Origin: Squalus acanthias
Taxonomy: Eukaryota
Length of the DNA stretch: 64,000 nucleotides
Direction of reading: 5' to 3'
NCBI GenBank assembly: GCA_030390025.1
Contig: CM059430.1
Span: 74,710,001-74,774,000 of the forward strand
Positions 61,175 to 64,000 of the stretch are shown here, piece by piece. Below the pieces are notes generated by a model. It made no database searches and was not told the origin of the DNA. It was given only the letters and a program-made list of their open reading frames with translations. Positions within the stretch are counted from its first letter, which is position 1, and every line of letters starts with the position of its first letter. Both the position numbers and the translations under genes were made by a program.

Positions 61175-61937
61175 AACCGCAATTTGTGGACAGCGGCGAA
61201 GCAAAGGCTTTTGCCACTGGACCCAAGTAATCTTCGCTCAAAGATCTTGCGCTCTCTGTGGCGAGGAGTTCGGCTTTTCCGACGTGTAATTGAAATCAAC
61301 ACAATTCAATGAGGATTTCCAGTAAAGAGCTGCTGACACCAACAAGATGTCCAACAAGTCAACCTAAACGCAGAATTCTCACAGACAGCGAACCAGGAAA
61401 TGGGTAAGCTCCTTTTATTCTAACTTTTAATTTTTTTTAGAGAGAGCTAAACGAAGATTGACGCACTCACATGGGGAAAAGTCAAACCTGAAATAAAGAA
61501 CAAACCTTAAAAACTATAAAGTTACTTCAAAATTTAAATTTTTAATAAAATGGATAAATTTGAAACACCTCAAAATTAAAATTAGTTTTCAGGGCCATAA
61601 TCTTTGTTTAGTAGTCAATACGCTGTTAAAACGCCAGTTACAGCTAATCCAAACGGGTCTAACTTTTAATCGGTCATTTAAGAGCGTAATTACCGCAGAA
61701 GAACTGGAGTTTTCATCAGTATCCGTGATTTAACAGTTTCCACTGATTGCCGGCTCTGGTTCGGTGGAGGGTGCCGGGCGGGGCCGGGGGGTGGGGGGTG
61801 GGGAGGGGCAGAGCGCAACCTGTGGAGCAGCAGGGAATGACAGACCGCCACTTCAGGTTTTACTCCTTAGGCTGCGCTTGCGCTAAATCCTGAGGTTGCG
61901 GTCAGTTTCAAAGGACAAATGATGGCAAATTCAGTGC
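61175..61937. mobile_element. MITE-like element related to 53879-54669 in opposite orientation
   Basis: Start ggacagcggcgaagcaaaggcttttgccact resembles the reverse complement of the 54625-54660 end. Hairpin gaccgccacttcagg...cctgaggttgcggtc (61843-61903). Termini decayed. Confidence 0.55.
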
Positions 61938-63102
61938 TAATATGCCTAGATGTACCCTGACGCTTACTTTTCTCATCGGTTTGGTTCATTTCCCATTACT
62001 GGATCCAGCAGCGCTTCCTCTCTTGTTTGGCTTTTTGCATACTTGTTAAGAAACGAGTCCTACACACAGTGGGCCTGAATTTGTGATCGGCAGCGAACCT
62101 AAGGAGCACCTCACCGACATCGCGAGTAAATCCACAGCTACCTTGTGCAATTCCGTCCTTTGAGAACTTCCTTTAAAACAGTGCAGAGTTTCACGCAGCA
62201 TACTACCCCATGGAGCCTAGTAGTGCGCCGTTTTACGTATTCGGACCTGGGATCATGGTGCATTGGTTCTTTTACTTCCTGATTCTTAGCCTATAAGCTA
62301 TTCATTCGTGCCTCTTCAGCTTTAATCCCGCCTGTGGCTGGTGTATCTGTGCTTTGATTCAGCTAGTTGCTAACTTTGATTGCAGATATAAACAAGCAAC
62401 ACGTCTTCATTTGATCTACACCGCTTGACAAAACGGCTGGAATAATCATTGCTAGCGCCTGTCTCCGAACTGTGGTTAGCTGACATAGGATCATAGCATC
62501 ATAGACGGTTTACAGCACAGAGGGAGACCATTCGCCCCGTCGAACCGGTGCCGACCCTCTGCAAAAACACTTAAGCTAGTCCCTCTCACCCTCCCTTTCC
62601 CTGTAGCCCTGCCATTGTTTTTCCTTCAGGTACTTATCCAAATTCCTTTTGAAAGCCACTATTGAGTCTGCCTCCACCACCCTTTCAGGCCGTTCATTCC
62701 AGGTCCTAACCACTGGCTGCGTAAAAAAGTTTTTCTTCATGTCGCCTTTTGTTCTTTTTCCAATCACTTTAATTCTGTATCCTCTGGTTTTCGAAGCTTC
62801 TGCCAATGGGAAGTGTTTCTCTCTATATACTCTGTCTAGACCCCTCTCGATTTTGAACACCTCTATCAAATCTCCTCTCAATCTTCTCAGCTCGAAGGAG
62901 AACATCCCCAGCTTTTCTAGTCTGTCAACATAACTGAAGTCCCTCACCCCTGGAATAATTCTGTTTAATGTTTTCTGCATCCTTTCTAAGGCCTTCAGAT
63001 CCTTTCTAAAGTGTGGTGTCCAGAATTGGACACAATACTGCAGTTGAGGCTGAAAAAGTGTTTTATAAAGGTTCATCATGACTTCCCTGCTTTTGTACTC
63101 TA

Positions 63103-63497
63103 AAAACACAGCAACTACAGGGCAGTCAATTTAACCTCGGTAGTAAATGTAAAACGTTTTTTGTTTTCCATACAGACTCCAGCATCTACCACATTTGACC
63201 CCTTGTGACCCCACCTCATTGTCTTTGTTGTATTTTGCAACCATCATTGATTCAATGGCTTCCTGACTGACCTGGTTGGACACCATCCACACCTTTGATT
63301 GCCGTGATTGTCTCTCTGCCGAGGTGTGATAAAGGGCAGTTAGAAAGATTAACTGTAGTCGTCTGGCAGTGTTCTCTGACTATATATTCTGCGCCCATAT
63401 GTATTTCTTCACTTCACCTGACGAAGGAGCAGCGCTCCGAAAGCTTGTGATTTCAAATAAAGCTGTTGGACTATAACCTGGTGTTGTGCGACTTCTC
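63103..63497 (+). mobile_element. Solo Penelope 3' pseudo-LTR (family of 37064-38692)
   Basis: 63439-63497 is nearly the exact reverse complement of 37064-37121; upstream blocks also match 37150-37400. Confidence 0.88.
63414..63450 (+). ncRNA. Minimal type-I hammerhead ribozyme motif
   Basis: tcac CTGACGA a ggagc agc gctcc GAAA gctt gtga, with perfect stems I and II and palindromic AGCT. Confidence 0.82.
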
Positions 63498-64000
63498 TCT
63501 ATTTATGAAGCCCAGGATCCAGTATGCTTACTTAACTGCCTTCTCAATCTGCGCTGCCAACTTCAACGATTTGCGTACATATAGCCCCAGGACTCTCTGT
63601 TCAAGCACTGACTTTAGGATTGTACCCTTTAGTTTATATTGCCTCTCCTCGTTCTTCCTACCAAAATGTATCACTTCACACTTTTCTGCGTTAGATTATA
63701 TCTGCCACATGTCCATACATTTCACCAGTCTGTCTATCTCCTGTTGAAGTCTATCACTAGCCTCCTCACTGTTCATTCTACTTCAAAGTTTTGTGTCATC
63801 TGCAATGTTTTTAATTGTGCCGTTTACCCCCAAGTATATAGCATTGATATGTATCAAGAAAAGCAGTGGTCCTAGTACAGACCCCTGGGAACATCACTGT
63901 GTACATTCTTCCAGTCCAATAAACAAGCGTTCACCACTACTCTCTGTTTCCTGTCACTTAACCAATTTCTTATCCATGCTGCCACTCTCCTTTTTATACC

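Larger units (their letters stand above)
62485..64000 (-). mobile_element. CR1 3' ORF2 region interrupted by a Penelope pseudo-LTR; runs off the window
   Basis: ORF 62576-63109 (LQYCVQFWTPHFRKD...RLRGDLIEVFK) and RT segment 63497-64000. Confidence 0.92.

Overview
Repeat-dominated vertebrate genomic DNA, most likely a cartilaginous fish (inferred from the dense CR1 LINEs with SGNH-esterase ORF1, Penelope-like elements and Deu-domain-type SINEs). Most of the window is nested CR1 copies, one of them essentially intact (26750-31280). There are also Penelope-like elements carrying minimal hammerhead ribozyme motifs and a family of hairpin-rich, TIR-bounded non-autonomous elements. The only host gene I can support is on the minus strand (about 40551-48890). 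It is a non-rearranging, antigen-receptor-like IgSF gene: TATA promoter, leader exon, germline-joined compact VJ exon, C1-set exon with a membrane-proximal Cys, and a TM exon with an intramembrane Arg and a very short tail. The C1 exon carries a +1 frameshift, but all junctions are phase 1, so skipping it would give an intact NKp30-like L-V-TM protein. Repeat boundaries were read by eye and are approximate. Exon boundaries were worked out base by base.
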